A stretch of 63,916 nt of DNA, the filler included, from Octopus bimaculoides (lineage: Eukaryota), in assembly GCF_001194135.2 (NCBI RefSeq). It is 6 parts of 5 records of this genome, joined end to end, with 100 filler letters (N's around TTAATTAATTAA, not from the genome) between each part and the next. Parts side by side here need not be neighbours in the genome. Positions count along the whole stretch, not along the records: positions 31,101 to 50,756 come from NC_068991.1; 5 more parts are not named here. The stretch is one strand, 5' to 3'. Below, one piece after another: positions 36,267 through 49,635 of this stretch. Made by a program: the position numbers and the translations under genes. Under the pieces are notes generated by a model. It made no database searches and was not told the DNA's origin. It worked only from the letters and a program-made list of their open reading frames with translations. Position 1 is the stretch's first letter. Each line of letters opens with the position of its first letter.

Positions 36267-37128
36267 CGAGGTCTGATCAATAAGTATCCGGGTTGCTGGT
36301 ATAGTAGCGTTGCTAAAGTACCCAGAGTGAAGCCGCTTGGCAAAGATTGACCTTCAAATCTGTTGTACATGCGCACTAAGTTTTCACGTTCTAGCTCACT
36401 TTCGCTGTTTACAACAGTGCTTTGAATGAAGGTGTGTGGCGTGTGGTCGTCGCATTGACCATCACAGAGAAAGTAGTCAGTGCGATACCTGCTCAGAAGC
36501 CTACGCAAAGTTGCAGAAAGTGTATGGAGAGGAGTGTATAAGCCGCGCACAAGTGTACGGGCGGTTCAGATGTTTCCAAGATAGCCGAAAAATGTCGATA
36601 TTGACGAACGTTCTGTGAGAACCGCCGCTCGCAGAATTGAGAAATGCATCACTGATGTGCATGCAGCTGTGAGGGGAAATCATCAAATCACCATCCGTGA
36701 GTTATCAGAGGATGTGCAGTTTAGTTACAGTTCAGTTCAGTCCATTATCACAGAAGATTTGAGTATGAGACGCGTGTCTGCGAAATTTGTGTCAAAAACT
36801 ACTTTCAGCTGAACAAAAAGACATTCGGGTTTCAGCTACACAAGATCTCCTTGATCGTGTCGAGAACGATAAAAACTTTTTGAAAACCTTGCATAGGCCT
36901 CTGAGCAAGTATCGCCAAGCTTTTGGCAAAATTTGATGCAAATTCTCTGCTCAAATTTCTCCGTCATGGTCAATCCGACGATCACACGCTACACACGTTT
37001 CTTCTACACACAGTGGAAGAGAGTTAGAATGTTAAAACTTGCTACGCATACACAACAAGCGGCTTTACTCTGTGTGCTTTAGCTTCGTTACTATGGCAAC
37101 ATTCCGGATATTTATTGATCAGACCATG
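36267..37128. mobile_element. Foldback non-autonomous mariner derivative, copy 2 (irritans-like transposase remnants)
   Basis: TA-cgaggtctgatcaataagtatccgg … ccggatatttattgatcagaccatg-TA. Plus strand: DTCSEAYAKLQKVYGEECISRAQVY and ITIRELSEDV…SVQSIITEDLSMRRVSAKFVSK. Minus strand from ATG 36967: MTEKFEQRICIKFCQKLGDTCSEAYA. Confidence 0.9.
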
Positions 37129-37179
37129 TATATGTGCATAGATGTGTGTATTAACGAGTTTATAAAATGTATTTGTGTG

Positions 37180-37220
<41 letters not shown>

Positions 37221-37348
37221 CAGACATATATACGTATATATGCATAAGCACACACATACATATATACATGCCTGTATAATATAATGTAACATATATGTAT
37301 GTATGTATNNNNNNNNNNNNNNNNNNNNNNNNNNNNNNNNNNNNNNNN

Positions 37349-37385
<37 letters not shown>

Positions 37386-38228
37386 CATGTATATAGACAG
37401 GCACACATACACGTGAGGAATGATAACTGACAAATATACCAACATTCACATGGGGTTGATTACAGCTCTGCGAAAACTTCAGCTATGCATTTTAAATCCA
37501 GATGACCACAACGTCCTCTCATATATAAACACATAAACAAACAAATGCCCAACTTCCAAAACCCCCAAAAAACACAGACACAGACTAACAGACACACTCT
37601 ACAGTTCTCCCACAAACCGAGGCACACACAAACGCAAAATAGCACATACGCACAAACATAATATGTACAAAAACATATTCTAACTTGCACAAGGGTGCAA
37701 AGATATACAAGAGCATTGGCATCTACAACGAAGCCAGCGCCCACAGATATCCCGACAGATATATGTAAATTTACATTTTAATTGCTATTTCGACATTTTC
37801 AACATCAGTCATGTCAGGCTGTTCCTTGTGTATTTTAAACTAAAGAGACATATCACGTCTATTAATTGGAACATTACTTGCCATTCAGCCTTCGCTAATT
37901 GCCTATGATTTGTTTTAGCGTATGCAGGAGAGCAAAGTTTTAGCTTTATGAATATGTAGTTTTTCCTTATAATTTAATAAATCTCTTTCTGGTAATATGT
38001 ACATAGATATATATATATCTATATATTTCATGTACGTATATGTTTAAGAAGCTCGCTTTGAAACCATGTGGTTTTGGGTAGAATCCCACAGAGCGGCATC
38101 TTGGGCAAGTGTCTACCACTGCATCTCAGGCCTAACCAATTCTCAGAGATTGAATTAGGTAGTCCGAAACTGGCAGCCTATCAAGATTATCTTTCACCAT
38201 CACAGATCTCGTCGCTTCTTCACCCTTG

Positions 38229-38264
<36 letters not shown>

Positions 38265-38265
<1 letters not shown>

Positions 38266-38685
38266 TCTTTTACTCTTTTACTTGTTTCAGTCTTTTGACT
38301 GTGACTATGCTAGAGCACCGCCTTTAGCCGAGCAAATCGACCCCAGGACTTATTCTTTGGAAGCCGAGTACTTATTCTATGGGTCTCTTTTGCCGAACCG
38401 CTAAGTTACGGGGACTTAAACACACCAGCATCGGTTGTCAAGCGATGTTGAGAGGACAAACAGACACACAAACACATACACACAAACACATACACACATA
38501 CATATACATATATATATATACATATATACGACGGGCTTCTTTCAGTTTCCGTCTACCAAATCCACTCACAAGGCTTTGGTCGGCCCGAGGCTATAGTCGA
38601 AGACAGTTGCCCAAGGTACCACGCAGTGGGACTGAACCGGAACCATGTGGTTTGTAAGCAAGCTACTTACCACATAGCCAATCCT
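38265..38685 (-). mobile_element. SINE family A, near full length, with internal microsatellite
   Basis: Reverse complement of the 7131-7530 copy along its length. Confidence 0.88.
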
Positions 38686-40686
38686 AATAGTTATCTACTT
38701 TGGCTGGAGTTAGCTAGCCCATACTAACCTATATCTTTGCGAAACGGCCGTCAGACTTTGCATTTATTCAGGATTCCTCTTAAATCATTTATACTAACTT
38801 TCTCATCTACCCTCCTAATTGATTCTAATACGGACATTCAACCTCGCAAGTAGATCTATGTATTTATGTTTATATGTTTATAATTTTTTATAGATTTATA
38901 ATTTTTTATATATTTATGAATTTTTATATATTTGTAAATCTTCGCATATTCATATATCGTATATTTATATATTTATAAATGCTTATGGATTTATGGATGT
39001 TTACCATATCTTATATATGTGAATGTATCTATGTATATTGTGGAGAATTCCGACAATTTGGAACGGATTGAATGAATTTAAATATTGACCTTTGAAATTT
39101 GTTTCTCTCTTTCTTAATTATATATATATNNNNNNNNNNNNNNNNNNNNNNNNNNNNNNNNNNNNNNNNNNNNNNNNNNNNNNNNNNNNNNNNNNNNNNN
39201 NNNNNNNNNNNNNNNNNNNNNNNNNNNNNNNNNNNNNNNNNNNNNNNNNNNNNNNNNNNNNNNNNNNNNNNNNNNNNNNNNNNNNNNNNNNNNNNNNNNN
39301 NNNNNNNNNNNNNNNNNNNNNNNNNNNNNNNNNNNNNNNNNNNNNNNNNNNNNNNNNNNNNNNNNNNNNNNNNNNNNNNNNNNNNNNNNNNNNNNNNNNN
39401 NNNNNNNNNNNNNNNNNNNNNNNNNNNNNNNNNNNNNNNNNNNNNNNNNNNNNNNNNNNNNNNNNNNNNNNNNNNNNNNNNNNNNNNNNNNNNNNNNNNN
39501 NNNNNNNNNNNNNNNNNNNNNNNNNNNNNNNNNNNNNNNNNNNNNNNNNNNNNNNNNNNNNNNNNNNNNNNNNNNNNNNNNNNNNNNNNNNNNNNNNNNN
39601 NNNNNNNNNNNNNNNNNNNNNNNNNNNNNNNNNNNNNNNNNNNNNNNNNNNNNNNNNNNNNNNNNNNNNNNNNNNNNNNNNNNNNNNNNNNNNNNNNNNN
39701 NNNNNNNNNNNNNNNNNNNNNNNNNNNAGGATCGCGGTTTCGATTCCCAGACCGGGCATTGTGAGTGTTTATTGAGCGAAATCACCTAAAGCTCCACGAG
39801 GCTCTCTTACTTCCAGTTCTTTTTTAGGGCCTGATACTTATTTTATCGTCTCTCTTGACCGAACCGCTCTTGTCACTCTCTTGGCCAGCCTTGTCACACT
39901 CTGTGTCATGCTGTATCTCTCCGAGAACTACGTTAAAGATTCACGTGTCTGTGGAGTGATCAGCCACTTGCACGCTAATTTCACGAGCAGGCTATTCCGT
40001 TGATCGGATCAACTGGAATCCTCGACGTCGTAACCGACGGAGAGCCACCACGACGACATTTGTCTAAACTCCCAAACCTATGGCGAACATTTCTAGATTT
40101 GAATCTCTGTGAAATTCTCCCCTGCCACACATTTTTTTGCTAACCCCAACAACCTAATCATGTCGAAGTTGAACCTCCAACAACAACATCAATGTCCCCA
40201 GTTTTGAAAGAGCTGCGAAGGTCACGACATTGGCTCTCACCATTAGACTATCTTATAAACAAAATAAGATATTGAAGAAGATAAAAGATGCTTTACATCT
40301 ACAACGTATTCCTCATGGGATTTAAGAAGTAAATTGCCCCATTCAAATCTTATTTGAATACAATCACATCTGTGATATCGTTCAGACGTATTTCTGTTGA
40401 AGAATTTCCCTTACAAACATCTAAAACACGTAACAATGTGGTGATACGCATGCTTATATGCTGTTTACTTCTCACTTGCTTACTCCTAAATATATAGGAA
40501 TTATGCATCTATGCATCTATGCATAAAGCACGCATACGCATACACACACAAATGCACATACACATATATACATAACCGTATGCCTGTATGTCTATGTTTA
40601 CATATAAATATATATATAGATTCATTTCTATATATATATATGTATATATATGTATATATATATATATATGTGTGTGTGTATATATG

Positions 40687-40734
<48 letters not shown>

Positions 40735-41479
40735 NNNNNNNNNNNNNNNNNNNNNNNNNNNNNNNNNNNNNNNNNNNNNNNNNNNNNNNNNNNNNNNNNN
40801 NNNNNNNNNNNNNNNNNNNNNNNNNNNNNNNNNNNNNNNNNNNNNNNNNNNNNNNNNNNNNNNNNNNNNNNNNNNNNNNNNNNNNNNNNNNNNNNNNNNN
40901 NNNNNNNNNNNNNNNNNNNNNNNNNNNNNNNNNNNNNNNNNNNNNNNNNNNNNNNNNNNNNNNNNNNNNNNNNNNNNNNNNNNNNNNNNNNNNNNNNNNN
41001 NNNNNNNNNNNNNNNNNNNNNNNNNNNNNNNNNNNNNNNNNNNNNNNNNNNNNNNNNNNNNNNNNNNNNNNNNNNNNGAGAGAGGGGAGAGAGAGAGAGA
41101 AAGAAGGAGAGAGAGAAAGAGAGAAAGAGAGAGGAATAAACCAAGATGTGACTTTATTTTATCGACTCTAAATTGGTGTATGTCGAAGTTGACTTCAAAG
41201 GTATTTCAACTCAAAGCGTAGAGATCTGGGACGAATACTACAAGGCGCTCTACCTAACAAGCCTGCTAATTCGCTGCCTAACATATACATGTATGTATGT
41301 ATGTATGTATGTATGTATCACTGCTCTCTGTTTGTTTGTCTGTCTATATCTCTCTGTTTCAGTCTGCTTGTCTGTCTGTCTCTCACTCTCTCTCACTGAT
41401 GAGGATTAATCAAATCATCGATGATCTGGCTCTGTCACACTTGCTAAAATGGGCTTATCTCCCTTTGCCAGTCATTGTT

Positions 41480-41815
41480 GTGATCTATAAATATCGTTAC
41501 CTGCCTGTCCGTGAATTTTCCGAAGACGTAGGTATCTGTGAAGATTCGTTCCACAGAATTTTAAAACATAAAATAGAAGCAATGTATTGTCACAAACTTT
41601 GTGCTACGTCTGGCAACAAATGAACAAAAAGGGAACCGAATTTCAATCAATCGGGAGTTGTTTTAATCTTTCAGATGCTAGACTTTCTGAAATCTCATAA
41701 CATGTGATGAAACATAATTGTAAGACTACGATGTCCAAAAAGCAAACAAGGCAGTTGTCACAGTGGATTAGGTCACCTCGAACAAAAACCACGAAAGTCA
41801 ATCGAAAATTAGGGG
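41480..41815 (+). mobile_element. Decayed mariner (irritans-like) internal fragment
   Basis: LPVREFSEDVGICEDSFHRILK, then TNEQKGNRIS and ITCDET*L*DYDVQ, resembling HTH and first catalytic-Asp regions. Frameshifted. Confidence 0.6.
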
Positions 41816-42705
41816 CATAATATATTCCCATAATGAAACTACTTTTTCTAAGAACTCGATATTTGATGTGTAGTTAGGATAACCTTAAGGAAATAATAAT
41901 ACGTAGATTATCAATGTTTTTGGAGTGTGTAGAAAGATCCATTTTTATTTCTTTTAGCTAGGTGCCTTATTCAATAAAAAGATAAAATTTAGAAAATCAT
42001 AGAGCCTTAATAATAAGTGGAAATCTTTTCAGAAAATATTAGAAGTTTGGGGATTGAAGTTCCGAAGAAGGAGTTATCCGTCGTCTCTATAAAACCCACC
42101 TGAGTGGAAGGGACCGTATGTCTAAGGAATGAAAATAAACCACATAACCAAAAGACACTTCTAAGTAATCGTTAAAAGAATTATAAGCGTAAACACTACA
42201 ATTATATTGAGTCATTTATTTAGTATAATTTTAAACAAACAAGCATACATACATAGATACGTAGTTACATACATACATACACATGTATATGCCCGCGTGT
42301 GTGTATACATTTGCATGTATATATATATATATATATATGTTAGAGAGAGAATATTTGAACACATGCTTCTCTGTGCACTTATGCATGTACACGTTTGTGT
42401 ACGTATTCGGCAGTAATTGCAGAAAAATATATCATATGTTTTAACATTTAGTCACGGTTCTAAAAATAATTCGCAAGTTTACATACAAATGTCAAAAGAT
42501 AATTTAACTTTCAAACGGAAATCAGCACTGAGGCTTTGAAAATTTCATATTTTTGCTTCAGCACCATTTTATAATAATTGCAAAATGACTGTGTTAGACA
42601 ACAATTTGGCTCCTATACACCCTTCCTATCCCCCTCTCTCTTCCTTATTCTTTCTGATCGTTGCCATTGTGCCATTGTACATAACAAAATGACTGATGTT
42701 TATGC

Positions 42706-42786
<81 letters not shown>

Positions 42787-43002
42787 AATGTATTTATGGA
42801 TGCATGTCTCTGTGTTCATATATATATATTCTGTAAAACAACAAAACCAGCGGGAGTGAGAAAAACAAATTGACATAGGTACTCCTGGTTAAAAGTTCCA
42901 TTGTCTTATGTATTAATGTACCAATTCCTTCGGAAACGTGAAATGAGTGAGGAGGGTAAATACGCACATAACATAATAACATAGTTAAGTATCCTTTCTG
43001 CT

Positions 43003-43208
43003 ATAGGCACAAGGCCTGAAAGTTTTTTTTTGGTGGTGTGGGGGATACTCTATTACATCGGCCCAGTACTCAACTGGTACATATATCCTCGATTTCAAAA
43101 GGTTGGAAGCCAAGTCAAACTCGGTGGAAATTGTTCTCTGAACGTAAAGACGTACGTAATTCGATTAAGCATCCAGTGTGCTAACGGTTCTGCCAACTCG
43201 CTGCCTTA
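43003..43208 (-). mobile_element. SINE family B
   Basis: Reverse complement begins taaggcagcgagttggcagaaccgttagcacac and ends in the ttcaggccttgtgcctata tail. Confidence 0.7.
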
Positions 43209-43314
43209 AATAATTTACTATAATAATATTCTTGTGTTTTTCTTCGTCACAACTTATGAATGAGGAAAGAAGGGGTCATAGATGAATAAGGAAGGAAGAG
43301 ATGATAGCAAACTG

Positions 43315-44230
43315 GTAGTGGGAGCGTCCAGTTGAGTTCGATGAAGAGCGATTAAACCAACTTTTGCACGAAGATTCTCGTCAAACCACAAAGGAACTGG
43401 CAGAGAAAATTGAATGCTCCCACACTGTTATAGAGAAACATCTTCACTCGATGGGAAAGGTTCAGAAGTATGGAGCAATGGGTTCAGCATGCTTTAAGTG
43501 ACAAAAACAAAAATCAATGTGCTACAATCTCCGCTGGTTTGTTTGCTCGTCAACGCTCAGCCCATGGACACGAGCAACGATTTCTTTACCGAATCGTTAC
43601 CGGCGACGAAAAATTGTGCCTGTACATTAATATGAAGCAGTATAAGGAATGGCTTAGCCCCGCTAAACAAGCGACACCGCGTGTGAAACAAGATCTTCAT
43701 CCGCGTAAAACGATGTTGTGCGTATGGTGGGACTGGGAAAGGATTAGCCATTATGAATTGCTTGAACGGGAGCAAACGGTCAACGCGGAACTCTATGTTC
43801 AACAGATGGAACGACTCAACGCGGCTATTCAAGAGAAAAGACCTAATCGTCAGCATGGAGTTCTTCTGCTGCACGACAACGCCCGCCCTCATATCGCCAA
43901 TATGACCAAGGAAGCCATTCAGACACATGGCCGGGAAGTGCTGCCACATCCGCCGTACTCTCTTGATTTGGCATCAACGAATTTCCAACTCTTTCGATTT
44001 CTTTGAAATGTTATGCGCAGAGTTTCGTTCAATACTGATGCAGAATTGAGAGGTTGGTTGGATCAATTTTTCGAGTCGAAATCAGGTGATTTCTACCAAC
44101 AAGGTAGTGAAAATCTTGTTGAACGTTGGGAAGAAGTTGTAAACAACAAGGGTGAATACATTATTGATTAATTAGTTGTTATTTTTGTTAAACCTTTTAA
44201 AAAATTTTAATTTAAAAAACGGCTGGAACT
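43315..44230 (+). mobile_element. 5'-truncated mariner (D,D34D type) transposase pseudogene
   Basis: RPVEFDEERL…, WVQHALS, IVTGDEK, HPRKTMLCVWWD, LLHDNARPH, HPPYSLDLASTNFQLF (third catalytic Asp changed to Asn at 34-residue spacing), C-terminal RWEEVVNNKGEYIID*. Confidence 0.93.
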
Positions 44231-44300
<70 letters not shown>

Positions 44301-44609
44301 GTGCAATGGGAGTGGGATGGTGAACATTCAACTCTGAAAAGAAAAATCAAACAGTGTTTCAACTGTGTGTGGGTATATATGTGTATGTGTGTGCATGTAA
44401 AAGGGAAGTATGTGAATGTTTGTATGTGTGAACCAGTGTTCTTGTAGTGACAAACGACGATCCATGTCACATCTCAAAAGACAATCACTAGATAACATTG
44501 ATAAGTGTATTAATTTGATTTACCATCCATATTTATATATAATATACTACAATTAGCTGTCATTTTTGACGGCACGAAGGCCAGCTAGTATAGTTGATAT
44601 TGGTTCTAA

Positions 44610-44817
44610 ATTTTGGCACAACGGCAGCAAGTTCGAGGCAGGGTGTAAATTGATTGCATCAACCCCTGTGCTCAAATGGTATAAATTGTATCGACTCCCC
44701 CCAAAGGATGAACGGTTAAGTAGCCCTCAGTAGAATTCAAATTCAGAACATGAAGACGGATGAAATGCCGCTTAGCATATGTCCGGTGTGCTAACGATTC
44801 TGCCAGCTCTACGCTTT
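44610..44817 (-). mobile_element. SINE family B
   Basis: Reverse complement matches the 34461 copy (gagctggcagaatcgttagcacaccgg…ttctgaatttgaattc…ttcatcctttggggg). Confidence 0.7.
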
Positions 44818-45071
44818 AAATAATATATTTGATATCAGAAAGACTAAATTACCCACAATTAAAATTTTTTAGAGGGCAATGTAATCCCGGTTTAGCAAAC
44901 ACAGTCCATATTTTACTATCCTGTATAAAAAGAAAAAAAAAACAGAAAAAAACCCCCAAAAAATCGGAACGAATATTAATCTGCCGACAGACAGGAATGA
45001 AAAAAAAAATTGCTCATGGAATTTAAAAGCACTTCCTGATTTACCAAACTTTGTAACGCCAATTCCTGTGT

Positions 45072-45092
45072 AGGTCACAGGTCACTTGACCT
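45072..45092. promoter_or_regulatory. Three perfect nuclear-receptor half-sites (DR1 overlapping IR2)
   Basis: AGGTCA c AGGTCA ct TGACCT. Function untested. Confidence 0.35.
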
Positions 45093-45338
45093 TACGTCTA
45101 GCCATGGTGACTACCAATACTATTACCCGTCTGTCTGCAGAAAAGCTGAAACAGGCATGTAACAGGAGCGTATATATATATTATAAAAGTTAAATAATGA
45201 GGCTATAAGTTAATATTAATTAATATCAATTTAAACCAGTGGCCTAGCATACTTAAAAAAATTCGAACTTTAAGAAATCATATTATATATAAGAGGAATA
45301 ACCACCAAGGTGGATTCCTAATATGCTAGAAGTTGATT

Positions 45339-45388
45339 TGGCGTCTTCTTCTAGTATATTAGACGGAAACTGAAAGAAGCACATCGTA

Positions 45389-45422
<34 letters not shown>

Positions 45423-45582
45423 NNNNNNNNNNNNNNNNNNNNNNNNNNNNNNNNNNNNNNNNNNNNNNNNNNNNNNNNNNNNNNNNNNNNNNNNNNNNNN
45501 NNNNNNNNNNNNNNNNNNNNNNNNNNNNNNNNNNNNNNNNNNNNNNNNNNNNNNNNNNNNNNNNNNNNNNNNNNNNNNNNNN

Positions 45583-45618
<36 letters not shown>

Positions 45619-45848
45619 TTTGTGTATGTGTTTGTTCCCCACCAGCGCTTGACAACCGGTGTTGGTGTGTTTACGTCCCCGTAATTTACAGGTTCGTCCA
45701 AAGACACCGATAAAATAAGTGCCAGTCTCAAAAAACAAAGAAAGAATAAAAATCAAAAACGTAAATTAGTACTGAGGTCGATTCATTCGACTAAACATTC
45801 ACAAGGCGGTGCCCCAACATGGCCGCAGTCTGATAACTAAAACAGGCA
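45339..45848 (+). mobile_element. SINE family A, 5'-truncated, with expanded internal microsatellite and gap
   Basis: agacggaaactgaaagaagc-(TA)n-N-(TG)n-tgtttgttccccaccagcgcttgacaaccgg…ggcggtgccccaacatggccgcagtc. Confidence 0.8.
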
Positions 45849-47651
45849 GAAAAATTATCATGACCTGAGTGTTAGAGCCATTTTGCCGTCAGCAAATAGA
45901 GTTGTATGAAATGAATGAGTTGGAGCTATGTTGAACTTGTAAAGGGCTTTACTTGAACTATTCTAGTTGATAAGCTGTATATGATATATAGACCTTCATA
46001 TTCATTATGAAACATACTTGTAAATATCTGTGAAAACTGCGAATATATTGACGGGTTTCTTTCAGTTTCCGTCTACCAAATTTTCTCCCTAGGCCAAGAA
46101 CTATAGTATAAGACACTTGTCCATGGCACTGAACCCGGTATCATGTGATTGGGAAGCAAGCTTCTTACAACGCAACCTCTATATATAAAGTTTAGAATAA
46201 AATGTGAGAGAGCAAAACAATTGGCATCCTTCGAAAAAACATTCCATTTGAATATTCTCTATCTGAACTGTTTTGTTCTTTCATTTTTTTCTTTACTTTA
46301 ATCTATATCTACCCGCTCAAGGAGAAGCCACTTCTAGTCACTCCTGATAGGTAGTCTCAACACAACACTTTTCAATTGCAGTTGCAAGCTGGAGTTTTAG
46401 TGGTAAAGCAAAGGGAGCACTCATAGTGCATACCTATAACATTACGTCAGTTGACGAAAATTCCTTTTTCTTTTTTCTCCCTCTCTCCCGCACTCTTCCT
46501 CTCTCCCGCTCTCACCCTCTCTAACCCCTTTCTATCTCTCTGTATATGTAGACATATACACACAAATACACAGACACAGACATACATATGTTTGTATCAG
46601 TGCACGCGTTTGTGTTTGCGTGTGTTGTCAGTTTATTGTGAAACCAGGATGTTCGTTTCTCAACCTCTTCCCATGGCATTAGTTAACATTTTAGTCTGCA
46701 ATACGTGATGAAAAGCAGCATATGTTTGTGTGTGTGTGTGTGTATAATTCATCAACTGGTTTTATAATTAATTTTTCATCACATACAAGCATATATATAT
46801 ATATANNNNNNNNNNNNNNNNNNNNNNNNNNNNNNNNNNNNNNNNNNNNNNNNNNNNNNNNNNNNNNNNNNNNNNNNNNNNNNNNNNNNNNNNNNNNNNN
46901 NNNNNNNNNNNNNNNNNNNNNNNNNNNNNNNNNNNNNNNNNNNNNNNNNNNNNNNNNNNNNNNNNNNNNNNNNNNNNNNNNNNNNNNNNNNNNNNNNNNN
47001 NNNNNNNNNNNNNNNNNNNNNNNNNNNNNNNNNNNNNNNNNNNNNNNNNNNNTGTGTGTGTGTGTGTATATATATATATACACTGATATATATTTATTTA
47101 TATATATAAGCACACATATATCTGAGCAACGTATGGATTTATTGCTTTGTGTGTGTGTGTATATATATATATACGCATTAATAGATTATAGTCTGGTACG
47201 AAATAATTTTGAGGCAGTAGTTTTCCGTCTAATTTCCTGCAATTTGTTTATTTAGCATAACATAATGGAAACAGAAGCGTTTCAAATATATTCCAGTTCA
47301 AAACTGATATGTAAAACCAATTTAGTTCTTTAGGAATTGAAGAGATCGTCTGTATTAAATAGAAACTGTGGAAATACTGGGGATCTGTCTTCGAAAGGTA
47401 TAGATGACCTTGCAGGAAGTGAATTCCGAAATTTAAGAGCCGGAATAAATACCGCAACATTTTTTTTTACCCTACCTATATAAATGTTTGTAAATGTAAC
47501 TGTAATGATTTTAACTCTTCTATCTAATAAATATCGTATTTCTTCTATCCTTTATGGGGCGGTAAAATAAGTACCATTTGAGCAGTGAGTTCGTTGTAAT
47601 TGGCATACTTTCTTTTGTGAATTGACGTTCAAGCGTAGATAAAACATAAAG

Positions 47652-47820
47652 ATAAATAGGTGTAAACGTAGTTGTGTGGTAAGATTCTTGCTTACCAGCC
47701 ACATAGTTCCGTGTTTAATCTCACTGCGTGGCACCTTGGTACGAGTGTCTTCTACTATAGCCTCGGCCGACTAAAGCCTTGTGAGCGGATTTGGTAGACG
47801 GAAACTGAAAGAAGCTCGTC

Positions 47821-47822
<2 letters not shown>
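47652..47822 (+). mobile_element. SINE family A, 5' half
   Basis: gttgtgtggtaag…cactgcgtggcaccttgg…gtagacggaaactgaaagaagctcgtcg, then (TA)n. Confidence 0.8.
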
Positions 47823-47884
<62 letters not shown>

Positions 47885-48105
47885 GTATATATGTATGTAT
47901 GTATATATAAATAACAAAATAATGGATGTGTCAATACATTACAGCTGTTTCTAACGAACTTTTATTTGGTTAATGAGTATATCATATCGTTATAAAAACC
48001 GCTTTATTCAGATGAATACACGAATTATACTATAAAAAACATTAAAAAAAATTGAATCCACGGCAATGCATATTCTGTGATTCCACGATCGACGCTTGTC
48101 ACAAG

Positions 48106-48187
<82 letters not shown>

Positions 48188-48793
48188 CTGTTTCTGTATA
48201 TATGTATGTATAGGTGTGTGTGTATCGGCGTGAAATAAACTATTTGCGTACGGTGAGCTCACCCACGTTGCGATATTTAGTTTCATTTAGAGTAATGTCC
48301 ATTTATGCCTAAGTAAACATGATCTATCGGTTATAGAATCCAATGGCAATATATCAGGGTAAATATAACTGAGAAAAAACAATGATGAAAAAGAAAAAAA
48401 AAAAAAAAAAAAAAAAANNNNNNNNNNAAAAAAAAACACCGAAGGCGCCACTCGAGCATCACTTAACTCCAAAGAAGATAAACGGTTAAAATAAAGAAAA
48501 GGAAACCAGGAATGAAGGAACCATAATTATCATGAATCATTCGTCCGATGAACATCGTTCACCAATTGGAACTAAAACACCAAACAAAATGGCTATTCTT
48601 CACGAATGTTTGTCATAAAACGTTTCCGTTTTGAATATAAGTTGAAACCAGACTCAAAATGTTTTCTACTTTTGTATCAGAATATAAATACATACAGGCT
48701 TTTAAGTTGTCTTAAGGAGAAGAAATATAAATAATCTGTAACCAACATTTTCTTTTTCTCTGTGGAAAGAGGAACAAAAGCTGTAACCGACAA

Positions 48794-48824
<31 letters not shown>

Positions 48825-49499
48825 ACAAATATATATATACATATATATANNNNNNNNNNNNNNNNNNNNNNNNNNNNNNNNNNNNNNNNNNNNNNNNNNN
48901 NNNNNNNNNNNNNNNNNNNNNNNNNAAAAACTACAACAGCAAAACCGGAATCTATCTGTTATTTATTATTAAAATAGTGTTTAAATATTTAGTGTTAAAA
49001 CAAACTTCTGACGCATAGCTTGACGTTCTCCTTTCTATCTAATAAGGAAAAATGCATTTGAAACATGACACGTACATACAAACATAATTTCATATATAAG
49101 CAATATGCAGGCATGTGTGTGCATGAGTTTGCGAATTTATCTTGAAGTGTGTAAACACAAGGCGGGATAATATATTCAAAGCGTAACATAGATCATTCAG
49201 TTTATTTTTTTTGAAAAGCAGTAAAGAAACAACAGGATGAAACATCAGATTTCAGCAAATCTTTATATCTATGTTTATTCTTTCTGTTTTCAGACATTGA
49301 ATTGCGATCATGTCGATACACCAATTTCCATGGATTTATCCATTATACCGGATGCAGTGGGCTATCTAGTAGTACCTTATCGACTTCGCAAGAAGTATAG
49401 ACCCAGTCTACAACCAGGGCGTAAAGAAATGTAGCCAGCACTGAACAACAGCCGCGCAATACATTTGTTGGACACTCCAGTTATTGCAAATCCCGTTGA

Positions 49500-49635
<136 letters not shown>

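Noticed and set aside
49294-49420. Strong-looking acceptor followed by DIELRSCRYTNFHGFIHYTGCSG
   Set aside because: The sequence aligns by eye with the reverse-strand 3' end of SINE family A (ttgtttcagtcatttgactgcggccatg), and the frame hits a stop without a good donor.
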